Sequence record: PZ445521.1
Source: a phage
DNA: 64,000 nucleotides
Reading direction: 5' to 3' (one strand)
This document shows positions 1-9,945 of the stretch, one piece after another; position 1 is the first letter of the stretch, and each line of letters opens with the position of its first letter. A model generated the notes under the pieces. It saw only the letters and a list, made by a program, of their open reading frames with translations, did not search any database and was not told where the DNA came from. Both the position numbers and the translations under genes were made by a program.

Positions 1-255
1 CTGGCCAAATTGAATCACCTTCAGTTGACGTTTTAATTCTTTTATCATTTCTTCGTTCATCGCAATATAAAGATCGCGTAAAGCAGGTTTTAGCATGTCA
101 TTTATTATAGAACTAAATGGACATACATAATCTTTTCCTACGAGCTTTTTGGTGAATTCCATATCACAGAACTTAAATCCCGGCTCATTGGTATAAATTC
201 CCCAATTAGTTGACATCATTTTATTGGCATATTCTAGTGCCTGGATTTGATTCAT
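1..255 (-). CDS. hypothetical protein, N-terminal part (runs off window start)
   Basis: Minus-strand ATG at 255-253 opens a frame (MNQIQALEYANKMMSTNWGIYTNEPGF...) with no stop through position 1; not in ORF track because it has no stop in the window. Confidence 0.35.
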   Translation of the reverse strand, partial: MNQIQALEYANKMMSTNWGIYTNEPGFKFCDMEFTKKLVGKDYVCPFSSIINDMLKPALRDLYIAMNEEMIKELKRQLKVIQFGQ

Positions 256-287
256 AATTCCATCAATTTGAAACTTTTTAATATTCA

Positions 288-749
288 TTAGTAAAGGTCC
301 TCAGAGTAAAGTTCTTTTTCACTACCACCACGTTCAATACGTACTTGTCCAGCGTAAGTTGCAATAATCATTGCTTCTTCGCGAGTCCAATAATTACTAT
401 ATTGGTCAATAAATCCTTGGTCATCATCACAAACTTGCTGAGTAACTAATTGGGGTTTAACTACATCTAAAACTGCTGCCATATCTTTAGAATAATGACG
501 AGCACCTGGAATAATAAGAGTTCGTCCATCTTTTAATTTAAAACGGTTGGCTGCACAGACAATTCGTCGTTGATACTTTTGATTTTCATCCCAGTACGCA
601 GTCTGCCAACAAATTTCAGGAACTTCTTTCAGAATATCTTCTTCTGTGCATTTATAACCATGTGCTTTAAACTTTTGAACAAGACTTTCTGGAGTTTCAC
701 GAGATAAAGGAACATTCAGCATTTTTAAACGATTAATAAATGGGTTCAT
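288..749 (-). CDS. hypothetical protein, 153 aa
   Basis: ORF track; stop/start overlap with next gene; position downstream of motA. Confidence 0.55.
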   Translation of the reverse strand: MNPFINRLKMLNVPLSRETPESLVQKFKAHGYKCTEEDILKEVPEICWQTAYWDENQKYQRRIVCAANRFKLKDGRTLIIPGARHYSKDMAAVLDVVKPQLVTQQVCDDDQGFIDQYSNYWTREEAMIIATYAGQVRIERGGSEKELYSEDLY

Positions 750-1075
750 TTAAACCATCCTTTAATACGTTGCCACAAAGTTTTCTGCTGAGCTTTGTTA
801 ACGCCAATTGAGCGAATAACCGGTTGAGATTCCTGGAATTCTTTATAATCGGCAAGGTAAATTTCGTAAGCTGCATCTGTAAAGGAACTTATCGCTGCCA
901 TGAAATTATTGCGAATACCTACTGGAGCATCTTTACTTTCACGAATAATCATGTATTTACCAGTCTTAATCTTTACAATAGTTCCAAGATAAGCTCCATG
1001 ATACCAGATGTCCCACCCCTCTTGAGTGGGTTCTGCGCAACGACGAAGTTCATTGACAATTTCTAACTTGTTCAT
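746..1075 (-). CDS. hypothetical protein, 109 aa (motA.1-like position)
   Basis: ORF track; 4-nt overlap with downstream ORF; directly downstream of motA. Confidence 0.55.
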   Translation of the reverse strand: MNKLEIVNELRRCAEPTQEGWDIWYHGAYLGTIVKIKTGKYMIIRESKDAPVGIRNNFMAAISSFTDAAYEIYLADYKEFQESQPVIRSIGVNKAQQKTLWQRIKGWFK

Positions 1076-1085
1076 TATTTATTCC

Positions 1086-1721
1086 TCACAGTTCAGATGC
1101 TACAGTGATTACAGCTTCAATGTTTTCTGCCGAGCGTTTAATGTCAAGATACACATTACCGTTTTTAGCGATTTTACATGACATTCCGATGTCAGTAAAT
1201 TTCTGAATATGATGTTCCATCATTTTGTATCCAAAAATTCGCATATTTCCATTGTTGTTAATTTCAAAATTACGAATTCCGTGGGTGCGTTTTTCTAAAA
1301 TAGCGAGATAGTTACTGCGGTAAGTTTCAACCTTTTTAAGAACAAATCCATTTTCATCTAAAAGTTTTAACATGAGGTCTTTATCTTCTTCCATATCAGA
1401 AGTAATCTCGCGAGCTTTACGAGTTGCTCGTTTTTTCAGTAGTTCCGGAGCATTTTCCTGTGCGTATAAAGTTGCTGCGTTTGAAATAATATCTTGCGCT
1501 TCGCCTGTGATGATTAATCCATCACCTGATTTCTCTACCAGGCCTTTTTTGATCAATACCCCAATATTACTATTAACTACTGCGTTACCTAAATCTGGAT
1601 GCACCTCACGAACTTCTGCAGCTGTAATGAAATCTTTCTTAGCAATAGTAATTAAAATCGCAGCAGTTTTTTCATTCAGAACATCGTTAGAAGCTTTGAT
1701 GATGTAAGTTACTTTAGACAT
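1086..1721 (-). CDS. motA: MotA, activator of middle transcription
   Basis: 211-aa ORF, same length as T4 MotA, sequence recognised; early promoter immediately upstream; synteny next to gene 52. Confidence 0.9.
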   Translation of the reverse strand: MSKVTYIIKASNDVLNEKTAAILITIAKKDFITAAEVREVHPDLGNAVVNSNIGVLIKKGLVEKSGDGLIITGEAQDIISNAATLYAQENAPELLKKRATRKAREITSDMEEDKDLMLKLLDENGFVLKKVETYRSNYLAILEKRTHGIRNFEINNNGNMRIFGYKMMEHHIQKFTDIGMSCKIAKNGNVYLDIKRSAENIEAVITVASEL

Positions 1722-1754
1722 TTTCTAATCTCCGTAATTCTGTATCAGTAGTTG

Positions 1755-1795
1755 ATAGTTGTATAGTACCACAGTATGCTTTGGTTGTAAACCGT
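1755..1795 (-). promoter_or_regulatory. early promoter, sigma70-type (-35 TTTACA, 17-bp spacer, -10 TACTAT)
   Basis: Plus-strand tgtaaa at 1786-1791 and atagta at 1763-1768, spacer exactly 17; A/T-rich element upstream; member of the repeated cassette. Confidence 0.6.
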
Positions 1796-1810
1796 TTTGT
1801 GAAAAAAATT

Positions 1811-1843
1811 TTAAAATAAAAAAGGGAGAGCCTCGGCTCTCCC
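1811..1843 (-). terminator. intrinsic terminator-like hairpin with U-tract
   Basis: Stem gggagagc...gctctccc at 1824-1843, followed on the minus strand by a run of U (plus-strand A-run 1811-1823). Confidence 0.55.
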
Positions 1844-1848
1844 TAAAA

Positions 1849-1998
1849 TTACTGCATGACTGTGATAACTGTCATGATAACACGTTGAATGCCGAACGCA
1901 AGAAGACCTCCTGCTACGGCTGGAACAACACCTACCCCCGCTAGTAAAATGCCGCCAGATACTAATGCTGCGCTTGTAATACCTATAAATGGACTCAT
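1849..1998 (-). CDS. small hydrophobic protein, 49 aa
   Basis: Read from DNA: ATG at 1998-1996 overlaps gene 52 stop (ATGA); GAGGAAA Shine-Dalgarno upstream; MSPFIGITSAALVSGGILLAGVGVVPAVAGGLLAFGIQRVIMTVITVMQ; length is a multiple of 3. Confidence 0.4.
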   Translation of the reverse strand: MSPFIGITSAALVSGGILLAGVGVVPAVAGGLLAFGIQRVIMTVITVMQ

Positions 1999-3323
1999 TT
2001 GATTTCCTCTAAATCTTTAGTGTATTCTGTAACTACATCAGTAGTTTTCCAATATTCGTTTTCTTCTTTCTTAGCTTTAGCTTCTTCAGCAAGTTTCTTT
2101 GCTTCGTCGGAAGTCATATGAAAAATATTCATTCCGACTAGTTTATCAACATAAGAAGAATACATATCAATTTTAGAAAGTTCTTCGGTCAGTTCTTTGC
2201 GAGTTTTACCCTGTACAACGATTTCACCTGAAATTACTTTCTTAATGAAATGTGCCTTGGCAAAGGCTAAACGAAATGCTGATTCAGTTTCTTTGATTTT
2301 GTTATCAATTCGTTTTTGGACATAAGTTTTACGAACTTCAACGAAGTCTTTGATTAAATCAACTACGTTATCGTAAACTTGTAGCTTTCCTTTCTCATTA
2401 ATAACGGTAATATTTTGGGAACGACGCTCAATCAACCCGAAGTCTTTCATAATTTTCGCGTGACGTTCTTCTTCGTTATCGCTCAAAGCGTATTCTTTGC
2501 GGAATTTAACTTTAAAGCCAAAACCATGCTCACCACAAGCATCATCCCATGTAATGAAGCCTTTATCTTCAAGTGGGTCTAAGATTTTACTCACATAAGT
2601 TTCACGATCATACTTATACGGAATCTCAGTGATGTGCATTTGAGTTCGTGAAGTAAACTTATATGTTCCACGAATTTCATATTGTCCATCAATTTCAACG
2701 ACTTCACCACGAAATTCTGGGAATTCTACCTTCGGTTTAGTTACTTTCTTTCCTTGAAGAGCTTGTAGTACAGCTTTCTTGACAGAAGAAACACTATGAG
2801 GAAGAATGTAAGTTGCATAACCAGTTGCAATACCGGAAACGCCATTAAGAAGAACAGTAGGAATAATAGGCAAATAGAAAGCAGGCGGAATGTGTTCTTT
2901 ATCTTGATGTACCGGAGCATACTCAGTATCTTTATATACACTATAGAAATTTTTACTTACACGAGCAAAAATATAACGACTTGCTGCTGCTTTTTGGACA
3001 GTACGAGAACCAAAGTTTCCTTGACCATCTAACAGAGGAAAGTTATTATTCCAAGTGTTAGCCATCAAAGCACCTGCGTCTTGCGCAGAGTTTTCACCAT
3101 GATGATATCCAAGGTCCGCTACACCACCTGCAATAGAAGCGAGTTTGTGAAACTTATCTTTATTTCCTCGTGCCAAATCAAGAGCTCGAGCAATAACAAA
3201 TCGTTGAACTGGCTTAAATCCATCAATCATATTTGGAATAGCACGATTTTCAACCGTGTACATAGCATAAGCCAATGCTTCATTATCAATGATACTTTTT
3301 AAATCGCGATTATTCAGTTGCAT
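1995..3323 (-). CDS. 52: topoisomerase II medium subunit gp52 (GyrA-like)
   Basis: 442-aa ORF, same length as T4 gp52; sequence recognised; synteny. Confidence 0.92.
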   Translation of the reverse strand: MQLNNRDLKSIIDNEALAYAMYTVENRAIPNMIDGFKPVQRFVIARALDLARGNKDKFHKLASIAGGVADLGYHHGENSAQDAGALMANTWNNNFPLLDGQGNFGSRTVQKAAASRYIFARVSKNFYSVYKDTEYAPVHQDKEHIPPAFYLPIIPTVLLNGVSGIATGYATYILPHSVSSVKKAVLQALQGKKVTKPKVEFPEFRGEVVEIDGQYEIRGTYKFTSRTQMHITEIPYKYDRETYVSKILDPLEDKGFITWDDACGEHGFGFKVKFRKEYALSDNEEERHAKIMKDFGLIERRSQNITVINEKGKLQVYDNVVDLIKDFVEVRKTYVQKRIDNKIKETESAFRLAFAKAHFIKKVISGEIVVQGKTRKELTEELSKIDMYSSYVDKLVGMNIFHMTSDEAKKLAEEAKAKKEENEYWKTTDVVTEYTKDLEEIK

Positions 3324-3327
3324 AAAT

Positions 3328-3468
3328 TTACCATACTAGTGAATGTAGTGCCATAATAACATCAGAAATGAAAAGCACGACTTGAATTAATCCGAACATT
3401 ACTCCATAATATAGTGCTACTAATAAAGTAGCAAGGGCTAATGAATAGCCCAAGATTTTCTTAATCAT
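3328..3468 (-). CDS. small hydrophobic protein, 46 aa
   Basis: Read from DNA: ATG overlaps ac stop (AATGATTAA); predicted MIKKILGYSLALATLLVALYYGVMFGLIQVVLFISDVIMALHSLVW; sits between ac and gene 52. Confidence 0.35.
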   Translation of the reverse strand: MIKKILGYSLALATLLVALYYGVMFGLIQVVLFISDVIMALHSLVW

Positions 3469-3619
3469 TAGTAGATAACAACACAAATGTTAAATATGCA
3501 CACATACCCTGAGCTAAAGCTTGCGAAAACACACTGCTGGCATCAATACAGATAGTTAAAACACATGCTACTATCCAACAAATAAATGAAATAACTCCTA
3601 ATAATTTTGCAATATTCAT
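3461..3619 (-). CDS. ac: Ac-like small membrane protein (acriflavine sensitivity), 52 aa
   Basis: Read from DNA: GAGGAAAAT-ATG at 3619; MNIAKLLGVISFICWIVACVLTICIDASSVFSQALAQGMCAYLTFVLLSTND; length and position between stp and 52 match T4 ac. Confidence 0.5.
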   Translation of the reverse strand: MNIAKLLGVISFICWIVACVLTICIDASSVFSQALAQGMCAYLTFVLLSTND

Positions 3620-3626
3620 ATTTTCC

Positions 3627-3707
3627 TCACTGGAGTCCGAAGACGCCTTTGGTTTTAAGATTGTTACGATAGAACTGCATCACGTGTTCGTTGTGGAAAT
3701 TACTCAT
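3627..3707 (-). CDS. stp: Stp, 26-aa peptide (activator of host PrrC anticodon nuclease in T4)
   Basis: Read from DNA: [26 protein letters not shown]; start overlaps ndd stop (TAATG); length 81 nt; matches T4 Stp as remembered. Confidence 0.7.
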   Translation of the reverse strand: MSNFHNEHVMQFYRNNLKTKGVFGLQ

Positions 3708-4165
3708 TAATATGCCTGTAAAACAAATTTAAAGTTATCAGCCAACATACGGTTCATTTCTTCAAGTGTTTGATACTCAGAATGATGATTACGAGTAAAC
3801 GCCAAAGCTAACTGACCTTTACCAAATCCCGTCGTCAGAGGTTTCATCTTAGAAGCAGGCAGATAAAACACTGTGTATGGAACATTGTTATTTGCAATAG
3901 TACGCGCAAGTTGAGACCGGCGTTGACGAATATGACTTAAAACCGCACTGAATCCTTGCTTAGAACGCTGATTACCTACATAAAATCGTGCTGACACACA
4001 TGGATTACTAAATGGACGACCATCTAATTTACTTACTAAAAAGTAAAATCCAGGTTTAGATAAAATGTCTTTATGCGGAGTTCCCAAAAACCATTCACCG
4101 CCCTTGATTGTGCCAATAACAGTAGCGCCTGCATTATTCAGATCAGTAACAGTCATGTATTTCAT
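3707..4165 (-). CDS. ndd: Ndd-like nucleoid disruption protein
   Basis: ORF 3707-4213; chosen start MKYMTVTD has GAGGAAA 7 nt upstream, giving 152 aa (T4 Ndd about 151 aa); position upstream of stp. Confidence 0.6.
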   Translation of the reverse strand: MKYMTVTDLNNAGATVIGTIKGGEWFLGTPHKDILSKPGFYFLVSKLDGRPFSNPCVSARFYVGNQRSKQGFSAVLSHIRQRRSQLARTIANNNVPYTVFYLPASKMKPLTTGFGKGQLALAFTRNHHSEYQTLEEMNRMLADNFKFVLQAY

Positions 4166-4225
4166 ATTAATTTCCTCTAAATTATTTTCTACTCCAAGGC
4201 CGCATGAATACACACGGCCATTAAA

Positions 4226-4441
4226 TTACTCGTCGCAGTCGACGCTCAATTCCCAGAATTCTTCTACGGTATAAGTTTCAGTATCATTTTCAATACAGAA
4301 ACGTTCATTACTGTTATTTGCTAAAGTAGCGTTAACTGTCATTTTCTCGCTAGTGCTCTTAAGAGGTGAAATACGAATTAACTGATCACCATTATCTAAA
4401 CAAAAAATTTCACCAACTTTTACATCTTTAAAGCTTTTCAT
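4226..4441 (-). CDS. hypothetical protein, 71 aa
   Basis: ORF track; synteny block between ndd and denB. Confidence 0.5.
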   Translation of the reverse strand: MKSFKDVKVGEIFCLDNGDQLIRISPLKSTSEKMTVNATLANNSNERFCIENDTETYTVEEFWELSVDCDE

Positions 4442-4556
4442 AATTCACCTCAAGGAGTATAAAATCCAAATGCAGTTGTTGACCATCCCATCCAATATGG
4501 GAAATTTGCACCAATGTAAAACATAAGAATATAAAACCAACCGCTCAGCAAATTCA

Positions 4557-4775
4557 TCATTTTACACCGTTCCAAATTGTTTCAACCACAGATTTTAAAC
4601 CATTTTGATGAATATCCATTCCGACTACTGCCATCAAATAGATTCCAACTACAACTGAACCTAAGGCAAAAATCAGCATGAAAATGAATAAAGCCGGAAA
4701 AATATTATCGAAAAACCATTCAATAAATGTAAAAGCACTGCGTTTACGCTTCATATTTTCCTCACATAAATCCAA
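4557..4775 (-). CDS. small membrane protein, 72 aa
   Basis: ORF track; hydrophobic stretch LFIFMLIFALGSVVVGIYLMAVVG. Confidence 0.5.
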   Translation of the reverse strand: MDLCEENMKRKRSAFTFIEWFFDNIFPALFIFMLIFALGSVVVGIYLMAVVGMDIHQNGLKSVVETIWNGVK

Positions 4776-4875
4776 AGTAAACGTTTAATACATCAATCAT
4801 TAAAACGATTGGGAATATACTCAAAACTATTAGTATTATAACTACATTCCATATAGCTTTAACAATCTTTTTCAT
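4762..4875 (-). CDS. small membrane protein, 37 aa
   Basis: Track ORF 4762-5010 trimmed to the first ATG after the promoter (GGAGG Shine-Dalgarno, MKKIVKAIWNVVIILIVLSIFPIVLMIDVLNVYFGFM); upstream part of the track ORF is translated promoter. Confidence 0.35.
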   Translation of the reverse strand: MKKIVKAIWNVVIILIVLSIFPIVLMIDVLNVYFGFM

Positions 4876-4894
4876 TTTCTGTTCCTCCGTAGTT

Positions 4895-4935
4895 GATAGG
4901 GTAATAGTACCACGGAAGAACAGTCTTGTAAACAA
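4895..4935 (-). promoter_or_regulatory. early promoter cassette
   Basis: tgtaaa 4927-4932, atagta 4904-4909, 17-bp spacer. Confidence 0.55.
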
Positions 4936-5118
4936 CTTTTTTAAAAATATTCGTAATAAATGTGAATACCAATCACTACTGCCGAAACTTGTGCAACCAA
5001 CCATGCACACGCAATAAGTACAGAATTCAAAATTTTCATAATAACCTCATCACAAAAGTAAATGTTAAACAAATTACTGGAATACTAATTAACCAAACAA
5101 AACACCACCATAATGAAC

Positions 5119-5382
5119 TCATAGTTCAATCTCAGCGATTTTCATTTCACTACTATTAATAGCCGCTTTAAGACTATCTGAAAGAATTACATTCCAGTGG
5201 TCATTCATATGACCATTAACTAAGCGTGTAATTTCTTCAGGAGTTGAAAAATAAGGCTGATCAGACTCCCAATGCGATAATCCTAAGCGAGTATAAATCA
5301 TGCCTTCATCATCGCTAGAATATTCAACTGACACAAACTCATCAGTTATTTTATGTTTAGCGTAATAAAATTTAAATTTCAT
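5119..5382 (-). CDS. hypothetical protein, 87 aa
   Basis: Track ORF 5119-5484 trimmed to MKFKFYYAKHK after GGAGAATAAA; N-terminal extension is translated promoter/leader. Confidence 0.5.
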   Translation of the reverse strand: MKFKFYYAKHKITDEFVSVEYSSDDEGMIYTRLGLSHWESDQPYFSTPEEITRLVNGHMNDHWNVILSDSLKAAINSSEMKIAEIEL

Positions 5383-5409
5383 TTTATTCTCCAAATCCGT
5401 ATCAGTTGA

Positions 5410-5450
5410 TAGTTGTATAGTACCACGGTCCTTGTGGTATGTAAACTGTT
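5410..5450 (-). promoter_or_regulatory. early promoter cassette
   Basis: tgtaaa 5440-5445, atagta 5417-5422, 17-bp spacer, conserved leader. Confidence 0.55.
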
Positions 5451-5465
5451 TTGTGAAATTTTTTT

Positions 5466-6023
5466 TTAAATGGAAAGATACCATCCGTTGTAGTTGCTTT
5501 TTCTTACAACCTTACGAAGGTCTTCTCTGTCACCGATGAACTTCGGAGTGTACTGGATGACACCTGGATGAATTTCTTTAGTGTTGAATATAATTATACA
5601 GTCAGCGACTTGATGATTTAGAATGGGCCCTAGATTTATTCCAGAACCGTATGGATACTCTCCGCTGCATCCTGTTGTTACAGAAATCCAACGTGAGTCA
5701 GTTTGGTGTGTCTTAACTTCTACACGAAGCCCGCAGTATCTTGGATGCGCCAATACATCCCATGCGTATGTATACGGGTCATTAACATCCTCTTGGCCTT
5801 TATTGACATATCCGCTTAGCCAATCTGCTACAAAAAATTCTGCGTACACAGCGATACGACATCTTTCAATAACTTCTGCTTTATCCTGGTTCGGGTTTTG
5901 TTTTAAAGAGTATCTTGCTGTATCAGCAATTTTGACCTTCATTTCACTAGTCAAGTCACTGTTCGATAGGGTAAATGTCGGAATCTGAAATAGTCTCTGT
6001 AAACCCGGATTCGTTTTCTGCAT
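5466..6023 (-). CDS. denB: DenB-like endonuclease IV
   Basis: 185-aa ORF, same length as T4 DenB; position near rIIB. Confidence 0.6.
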   Translation of the reverse strand: MQKTNPGLQRLFQIPTFTLSNSDLTSEMKVKIADTARYSLKQNPNQDKAEVIERCRIAVYAEFFVADWLSGYVNKGQEDVNDPYTYAWDVLAHPRYCGLRVEVKTHQTDSRWISVTTGCSGEYPYGSGINLGPILNHQVADCIIIFNTKEIHPGVIQYTPKFIGDREDLRKVVRKSNYNGWYLSI

Positions 6024-6285
6024 TTAGACTTTCCTTTTTACCGCTGAGATAAGCGTTATATACTTTAAGAGTGCCATAATAAATTCGGTCATTTTCATCT
6101 AAAGACTCGCGGTCAAGTTCATCGAGCTCCTTTTTATCCATGACTATAACATCATTACAGTAAAGAAACCCAAGTTTTTCGTGACCAAACTCAAATTTAT
6201 TACAGTACACAATATTAGCGTGATGATTTCCGTGCAGTTTAATCTCTTTTATGTCGGAATCACCGATATTCATACAATAAATCAT
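5956..6285 (-). CDS. hypothetical protein, 109 aa
   Basis: ORF track; 3-prime end overlaps denB start by 68 nt. Confidence 0.5.
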   Translation of the reverse strand: MIYCMNIGDSDIKEIKLHGNHHANIVYCNKFEFGHEKLGFLYCNDVIVMDKKELDELDRESLDENDRIYYGTLKVYNAYLSGKKESLNAENESGFTETISDSDIYPIEQ

Positions 6286-6294
6286 AATTTTTCC

Positions 6295-6317
6295 TTAAAA
6301 CAAAAGGGCCGAAGCCC
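6295..6317 (-). terminator. tetraloop hairpin with U-tract
   Basis: gggccgaagccc at 6306-6317 (GGGCUUCGGCCC on the transcript) followed by a U-run. Confidence 0.5.
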
Positions 6318-6323
6318 TTTATT

Positions 6324-6518
6324 TTACTTGAATTGTGCAATTCTTTTCTCTAGACATTCAGCATAAGATTTCATTGAGATGAACTGTGAAAGCAGCAGTT
6401 CTTGCTCAACTGCACTAACTGTTAGAAACTTTGCGCTTTCTAAAAATTTACTCAGTGCATTAATTTTGAGCATTAATTGATCGTATTCTTCTTTTACTCG
6501 TGCTTGATAACCTAACAT
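6324..6518 (-). CDS. hypothetical protein, 64 aa
   Basis: ORF track; between rIIB and denB. Confidence 0.5.
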   Translation of the reverse strand: MLGYQARVKEEYDQLMLKINALSKFLESAKFLTVSAVEQELLLSQFISMKSYAECLEKRIAQFK

Positions 6519-6546
6519 AATTTTCCTTAGTTAAGGGCCGAAGCCC

Positions 6547-7485
6547 TTATTTAAATTGTTCAGTAACGTCTTCAACTACTTCGTATTGGCAGGTACGCAT
6601 TTTAGCATCGTTGTAATCAATCGGAATTGATACTACATCACGCGGATGTACTTTAACTTTTACGACTCGGCTGGTTGAACTGCCAAAGTGACGAATATAA
6701 GATTTAGAACACACATGCAGACCACGAGAACAAGTTTGTGTATCATCGTCATTCACACGAGTACGTGGCATTTTAACTACTTTACCCGGACTGTTATCAA
6801 AGGTGTTTGAGTGACAGTCAAAGTAATTGCTGCGAACTACTTTCCAAGCATAGAAGTAACCATCTTCTGTAATTTCAATATCGTTTGCTACCAAGAAATC
6901 AAAGAGTCGAGATACCGCTTTTTGGCTTGGGTTTTCCAGCAGATTTTCCAAGAACGGAAAATAAAATTCAAAGTTTTCGCCTTTTTCCATCGAATCAAGA
7001 ATACGATCAACTAAACCAGACCGCAATTCAATATTTTGATAGAACAAGCTTCCACCTTCAATTCGAACATCGCCGGAAATATATTTTTCAACAGCGCGAC
7101 GAACATTAATTTTTTGTGCAGCTTCTTCCAGCCTATCCGCTACAAGCAGATTAAGAATTTCCTGGAAGTTTGAATGAGTATTAGGAGTTGCGTTATAAGT
7201 TACACCGTCAACAGTAATTGAAATGAATTTTTTAGATGCATTCCAAATAATGTCAGATTTAGCAACTGGAGCAATAACTGCATCGCTATTAACTTTAACT
7301 GTAATATCACCGCTAATAGTAACTTTAGAGCGTTTAGCTTCTTCAGCATTTTTCAAAACACGACGGATTGTGTCAACCGATACATCCTTCCAATAAGCTA
7401 ATTCCTGTTGGGTATAATTACCACTTGAATACAGTTTAACAATTTCAGCTTGTTCGTTTTTGGTCAGGCATTTAATATTGTACAT
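6547..7485 (-). CDS. rIIB: RIIB
   Basis: 312-aa ORF, same length as T4 rIIB; directly downstream of rIIA. Confidence 0.9.
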   Translation of the reverse strand: MYNIKCLTKNEQAEIVKLYSSGNYTQQELAYWKDVSVDTIRRVLKNAEEAKRSKVTISGDITVKVNSDAVIAPVAKSDIIWNASKKFISITVDGVTYNATPNTHSNFQEILNLLVADRLEEAAQKINVRRAVEKYISGDVRIEGGSLFYQNIELRSGLVDRILDSMEKGENFEFYFPFLENLLENPSQKAVSRLFDFLVANDIEITEDGYFYAWKVVRSNYFDCHSNTFDNSPGKVVKMPRTRVNDDDTQTCSRGLHVCSKSYIRHFGSSTSRVVKVKVHPRDVVSIPIDYNDAKMRTCQYEVVEDVTEQFK

Positions 7486-7496
7486 AATTTTCCTTA

Positions 7497-9674
7497 TTAG
7501 GCCGCAAGGGCCTTCATAGTTTTAGCGATTTGGGAAACTTCATCATCACTTAAAGAGTTGCGATAACCGATGAAGTCGGAAACAATACGGAATTTCTTGG
7601 TAAACTCAGCAACCATTTTATCACTATTTTTTGAAGCATTACGTGATAATTCATCAAAAAGATTAGTTACCGTCCAGATGTCATGACCGATGGTATCTTT
7701 TCCACCATTAAAATATACACCGCGCAATGAACTAACTATATTAGCGAGTCGTGTATATTCTTCAGAAACTTCATCTGTACTGAAGTACTTCATCATAAAA
7801 TCTAGTTCAGGATGCTTGATAATTTTATCAATATATCGTTGAGCTGAACTTGAATAACCTACATACTTATCATAATCTACATCATCAAAAGCATCTACAT
7901 ATAAATCACGCAAAGCTTCAAAAATACATTGGCACTGACCAAGCTCTTTTACCTTTTTCTGCAAAAGCGGACGAATAACATAAAATTCATTAATGCCAAT
8001 AAGATTAGCCATACGAATCAAAATATTCATAGATGGATGACAAAGCGATGTAGTACCATCCATAGAGAAAATATCAGAACGATGCATATACGCTACATAA
8101 CCAGTAATTTCATCTGCTTCTGACGTAAGTGTAAATAGTTCCTCTTTTTCCCAGCGCCCGTCTTTAATTTCAAACTTAAATGCTGTAGCAGCTTTAGGAC
8201 GAGGAGCTTTACTTTTAACTACCTTTGGAATATAACTTTTTACTAAAGCTTCAATTTCTGACAAATAGTGAATGTTAACTTCATCACTTTCAAACATCGC
8301 CATAATATCAGGGAGTAAATCAATCTGCGATTCTACTTCCGGATTAATAAACAGAAGACGCTCATTGTGATGAATATTTAAAGTGTTATTAAATTCACTA
8401 TCATCTAACGCATGTGCTAATCCACGGACAATATTAACACGATTTTTAATATTATCAATAACGATATTAATTTTTGTTGTATTAATACCAAACAGACGAT
8501 AACTTGATGCAACGGCTGAAGTTTCATGACTTTGCTTAATACGCTTCAGTCGAGGGTCAAGATTTACTTCATACACAACCCCTGCATTGCATAGCTTACT
8601 GTCAGGTTCAAACATGCTCTGCATTTTCTTATATGACAGATTTTTAGTCGTGAATTTGACTGAATTACTAATCATATAATCTCGAGCAGAATACCCCATC
8701 TTCATCAATTCACGATATGTATGACGAGGAGATGTAGATTCTTTAAATCGTTTTACATCTTCATTAAATGCTTTCTCACTGAGTTCTTTAACTCGTTCAA
8801 TAATATTTTTACGAGTACGATCATCAAGTGAAAGAGCCTCACGAGATGGAGCAATATCCAGTGAACCCATTGGAAACTTAATGTAATTCACTTCATTGCG
8901 AATGCTTAGCCAGTTACGGTCTCTAATAACACCATCGATAGGATAAACGATACCGCCGTAGATAGCATATAATCCACCACGATCTGGCCAGTATCTTTCT
9001 GGATTTACACCGTAATAATCATCAAAATCCGGAAAATAATCAATTTCGCGGTCAAGACCATTAATGATAGCCAAATCTTTGAATGGTCGCATGATATAAG
9101 AAACTTCATAAGCAAAGTTTCTAAAGTCTTTTTCTTCAACTGGAACTACGATTTCAATACCAGTTTTATCATCTGGACCCATTTCTTTTACGAATGTAGG
9201 TTTAATTTGTGGACCATCGCCATCCATGTAAGCTACATAACCACGAATTTCACCTTTATGATACGAAGTAATACTAAATGTATCAGTATAACTAAACGGA
9301 GATTTAGAACCTAAACCAAATCCGCCAATGAAATCGTTAGATTCAGCCTTAGATGAACTGAAGTATGAATTATACAAACCAGGAGAATTATCATCACCTT
9401 GAATATCAAAATCACTCATACCCGGACCAAAATCTCGACAAACAAATCGTGGGTCTAAACGTCCAGGAACTTGTATGATAAATTTTTCAGGATTTCCATT
9501 AAGTGCATGGGCATCAATCATGTTAGTAATCAATTCACGGACTACTGCGCGAATCTTGTTTGTATACAAATCAGATGACAGAATTTTAAATACTTTAGGA
9601 TTTGCTGCGATGCTAAATGCTTTTGATTTAGAACCATTACCAAGAATTGTTTCTTTTTCAGTGGTGATAATCAT
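7497..9674 (-). CDS. rIIA: RIIA
   Basis: 725-aa ORF, same length as T4 rIIA; synteny rIIA then rIIB. Confidence 0.9.
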   Translation of the reverse strand: MIITTEKETILGNGSKSKAFSIAANPKVFKILSSDLYTNKIRAVVRELITNMIDAHALNGNPEKFIIQVPGRLDPRFVCRDFGPGMSDFDIQGDDNSPGLYNSYFSSSKAESNDFIGGFGLGSKSPFSYTDTFSITSYHKGEIRGYVAYMDGDGPQIKPTFVKEMGPDDKTGIEIVVPVEEKDFRNFAYEVSYIMRPFKDLAIINGLDREIDYFPDFDDYYGVNPERYWPDRGGLYAIYGGIVYPIDGVIRDRNWLSIRNEVNYIKFPMGSLDIAPSREALSLDDRTRKNIIERVKELSEKAFNEDVKRFKESTSPRHTYRELMKMGYSARDYMISNSVKFTTKNLSYKKMQSMFEPDSKLCNAGVVYEVNLDPRLKRIKQSHETSAVASSYRLFGINTTKINIVIDNIKNRVNIVRGLAHALDDSEFNNTLNIHHNERLLFINPEVESQIDLLPDIMAMFESDEVNIHYLSEIEALVKSYIPKVVKSKAPRPKAATAFKFEIKDGRWEKEELFTLTSEADEITGYVAYMHRSDIFSMDGTTSLCHPSMNILIRMANLIGINEFYVIRPLLQKKVKELGQCQCIFEALRDLYVDAFDDVDYDKYVGYSSSAQRYIDKIIKHPELDFMMKYFSTDEVSEEYTRLANIVSSLRGVYFNGGKDTIGHDIWTVTNLFDELSRNASKNSDKMVAEFTKKFRIVSDFIGYRNSLSDDEVSQIAKTMKALAA

Positions 9675-9684
9675 AATTTCCTCA

Positions 9685-9888
9685 TTAATTCATATTACGC
9701 TTAATAACTTCAGCAACTTCTAGTAGTTCATCTTTAGTTGCAGTGTCGGATTGAATTTTATCTCTAATATCTTTAAAGCGGTTTTTAAATTCTTCGGCTT
9801 CTCCCATATCGAAAAAGCGTTGAATGATTCTATATTCTCGATGAACTGCTTTATCAAAAAGTTCTAAATTTACTTTATATGATTTCAT
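9685..9888 (-). CDS. hypothetical protein, 67 aa (rIIA.1-like)
   Basis: ORF track; between the early promoter and rIIA. Confidence 0.55.
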   Translation of the reverse strand: MKSYKVNLELFDKAVHREYRIIQRFFDMGEAEEFKNRFKDIRDKIQSDTATKDELLEVAEVIKRNMN

Positions 9889-9907
9889 TTCAATATCCTC
9901 ATTTGCC

Positions 9908-9945
9908 CAATTAATTATACCACATCCTTGTGGTAAAGTAAACTA
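9908..9945 (-). promoter_or_regulatory. early promoter (-35 TTTACT, -10 TATAAT)
   Basis: agtaaa 9937-9942, attata 9914-9919, 17-bp spacer; overlaps the 3-prime end of gene 39. Confidence 0.6.

Noticed and set aside
824-1066. Plus-strand ORFs nested antisense inside confident minus-strand genes (for example 824-1066, 1372-1707, 2796-3032, 3081-3302, 5623-5988, 10465-10968, 27027-27257, 40040-40423, 52443-52772)
   Set aside because: Each lies fully within a longer minus-strand gene with strong length and motif support; AT-rich antisense frames commonly stay open by chance.
1759-1944. Plus-strand 61-aa ORF between motA and gene 52
   Set aside because: It overlaps the minus-strand early promoter, terminator hairpin and a better-supported minus-strand small ORF; no ribosome-binding site; likely antisense artefact.
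2741-2941. Minus-strand 66-aa ORF inside gene 52 in another frame, and similar nested same-strand ORFs (11511-11726, 12748-12939, 23228-23464, 30142-30336, 32666-32851, 36808-36993, 60010-60204)
   Set aside because: They are alternative frames of well-supported genes, with low-complexity hydrophobic translations and no independent start signals.
7499-7514. Hairpin ggccgcaagggcc at the rIIA/rIIB junction, considered as a terminator
   Set aside because: It encodes the last codons of rIIA (KALAA-stop) and is followed directly by the rIIB ribosome-binding site without a U-tract; more likely a coding or stabilising structure.
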